This document shows, piece after piece, positions 29,378 to 30,726 of a stretch of 30,726 bases of DNA. The notes under the pieces were generated by a model. That model had not been told where the DNA came from. It saw only the letters and a list, made by a program, of their open reading frames with translations, and did not search any database. This stretch comes from an uncultured Dictyoglomota bacterium (GTDB lineage: Bacteria > Dictyoglomota > Dictyoglomia > Dictyoglomales > Dictyoglomaceae): contig CAZZIO010000043.1 of NCBI GenBank assembly GCA_964654465.1, forward strand, positions 1 through 30,726, given 5' to 3'. How positions within the stretch are numbered: the stretch's first letter is position 1; every line of letters starts with the position of its first letter. The translations under genes were made by a program, and so were the position numbers.

Positions 29378-30726
29378 TCTTTAATCAATTTTATCAAAAG
29401 AAATATTAAAAATCCCAAAAACATGGGCATATCCCCCCAAAAAGTATAAAAAGAAAAGCTCCCTTTTGGAACTTCTCCATAAATAGCAACTTTTTCCCCT
29501 TCTTTTGTTTCTTTTATAATCCTACCATAAGGATCAGCGAAAAATGTAATCCCCGTATTTGCTACCTGAACTATAGGTCTCCTATTTTCTACTCCTCTAA
29601 GAAGAGATTGATTCTTATGCTGATAGACTGCTGGTGTCCCTTGAAACCAGCCATCATTAGTTATAACCACAATTATATCACTATGTCTTTGAGAAAGTAT
29701 TTTTGATGGATCTGAGAATAAAGATTCAAAACATATAAGTACACCTATTTTCTTCCCATCAATAGATAAAGGATAAAAACCAGGACCACTACTATAATTT
29801 CCAATAAGTCCTCTAAAATACTCTGGAATTACATAATTGAAAGGAAAGGGAACTTCCTCAACAAAAGGTACAAGTTGTACCTTCCTATGCACTTTATATC
29901 TTCCATCCCTTGTGATGAGATATGCAGAATTATAAATATTTCTTCCATTCATCTCCAAGGATCCTAAAAGAAGATTAGTATTTTTAAACTCTGCAAGCTC
30001 TCCCAACTCCTTGAGATATATGGGAGAATGATTTAAATAGCAAAAAAGTACACTCTCTGCCCATACCACTAAATCCAAATTATCAGGAAGATTTAATGTT
30101 AGTTCTTTATGAACCTGGAATTGGTCATAAATATTGGTATAAAAATATTTGGAAAAGCTATCATAACTTCCTTGTACCGCCCCCACCTTCATAAATGAAT
30201 TGTAATCTCCCCTGCCTATAAAAAATCCTACAATAAATAGAGAGATAAAAACCAAAATAAAAGAAATCTTTCTTTTAAAATCCGATTCCCTAAATCTTGC
30301 TATTACAGTATTAACTAAAACAACCAAAAAAACTAAACCCAATTCGCCAAATATACTTGCCCATTGAAGAAGAGGATAAATATGAACCAAAGGCTCCCCA
30401 AATGACCCCCAATTAAAGGCAAGAGGTCCATGGGATCTTATCCATTGTATAAATACCATAAAAAAGGCTGGAAAAAATATAGAATTCTCTTTTCTTTTTA
30501 CCCCCCAAAGAAAAACTCCATAATATAGAGAAAGATAAATAATAAGAAGAAGATACACAAATATGGAGAGACCTATACTTGTAAAATGAGATACCAAGCG
30601 TGGTATCCAATAAAAGTTAACACTATTATAGCCAATTCCATATAAAAAACCCAAGATAAAAGCTTTCCTTTGAGTAATTTCCGGAAGAAGGGAAAAAAGA
30701 GGTATAAGGGTAAAAAAGATAAGAAA
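29374..30726 (-). CDS. lnt: Apolipoprotein N-acyltransferase (5' end beyond the window)
   Basis: VVWAES (Glu), K..LVPFVE (Lys), ICFES (Cys), ITNDGWF, RGVENRR, ANTG. The frame stays open from 30654 to the window edge. Confidence 0.95.
   Translation of the reverse strand, partial: FLIFFTLIPLFSLLPEITQRKAFILGFLYGIGYNSVNFYWIPRLVSHFTSIGLSIFVYLLLIIYLSLYYGVFLWGVKRKENSIFFPAFFMVFIQWIRSHGPLAFNWGSFGEPLVHIYPLLQWASIFGELGLVFLVVLVNTVIARFRESDFKRKISFILVFISLFIVGFFIGRGDYNSFMKVGAVQGSYDSFSKYFYTNIYDQFQVHKELTLNLPDNLDLVVWAESVLFCYLNHSPIYLKELGELAEFKNTNLLLGSLEMNGRNIYNSAYLITRDGRYKVHRKVQLVPFVEEVPFPFNYVIPEYFRGLIGNYSSGPGFYPLSIDGKKIGVLICFESLFSDPSKILSQRHSDIIVVITNDGWFQGTPAVYQHKNQSLLRGVENRRPIVQVANTGITFFADPYGRIIKETKEGEKVAIYGEVPKGSFSFYTFWGDMPMFLGFLIFLLIKLIKE

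Overview
AT-rich bacterial chromosomal window (GC about one third by eye), with almost all genes on the minus strand. Gene content (Lpt/outer-membrane genes, Lys/Glu/Ile-rich proteins, several archaeal-looking enzymes, a delta-less F-type ATPase) suggests a diderm thermophilic anaerobe such as Dictyoglomus; this taxon call is inference. In order along the window: (1) an rpmH-rnpA-yidD-yidC-jag-mnmE-uppP operon that is not next to dnaA; (2) a pncA-pncB NAD salvage pair; (3) a 25-aa membrane microprotein gene missed by the ORF track, with its own consensus promoter, RBS and terminator; (4) yjbQ divergent from rtcB; (5) a two-gene unit encoding a 1036-aa secreted Ig-repeat protein with a T9SS-CTD/FlgD-like C-terminus and a PorV/PorQ-like beta-barrel; (6) an orphan glpP; (7) a tightly packed run from rubredoxin and its reductase through a hydrolase, HtrA, YigZ, an HDAC-family deacetylase, YqeY and TrmL into an atp operon with canonical order but N-ATPase-like subunits (no delta, long b); (8) an lnt-lptC-lptA-lptF/G-lptD envelope cluster lacking lptB. 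No tRNA, rRNA, CRISPR or mobile element was seen. The best candidates for something new are the T9SS-like cargo/shuttle pair and the microprotein transcription unit.
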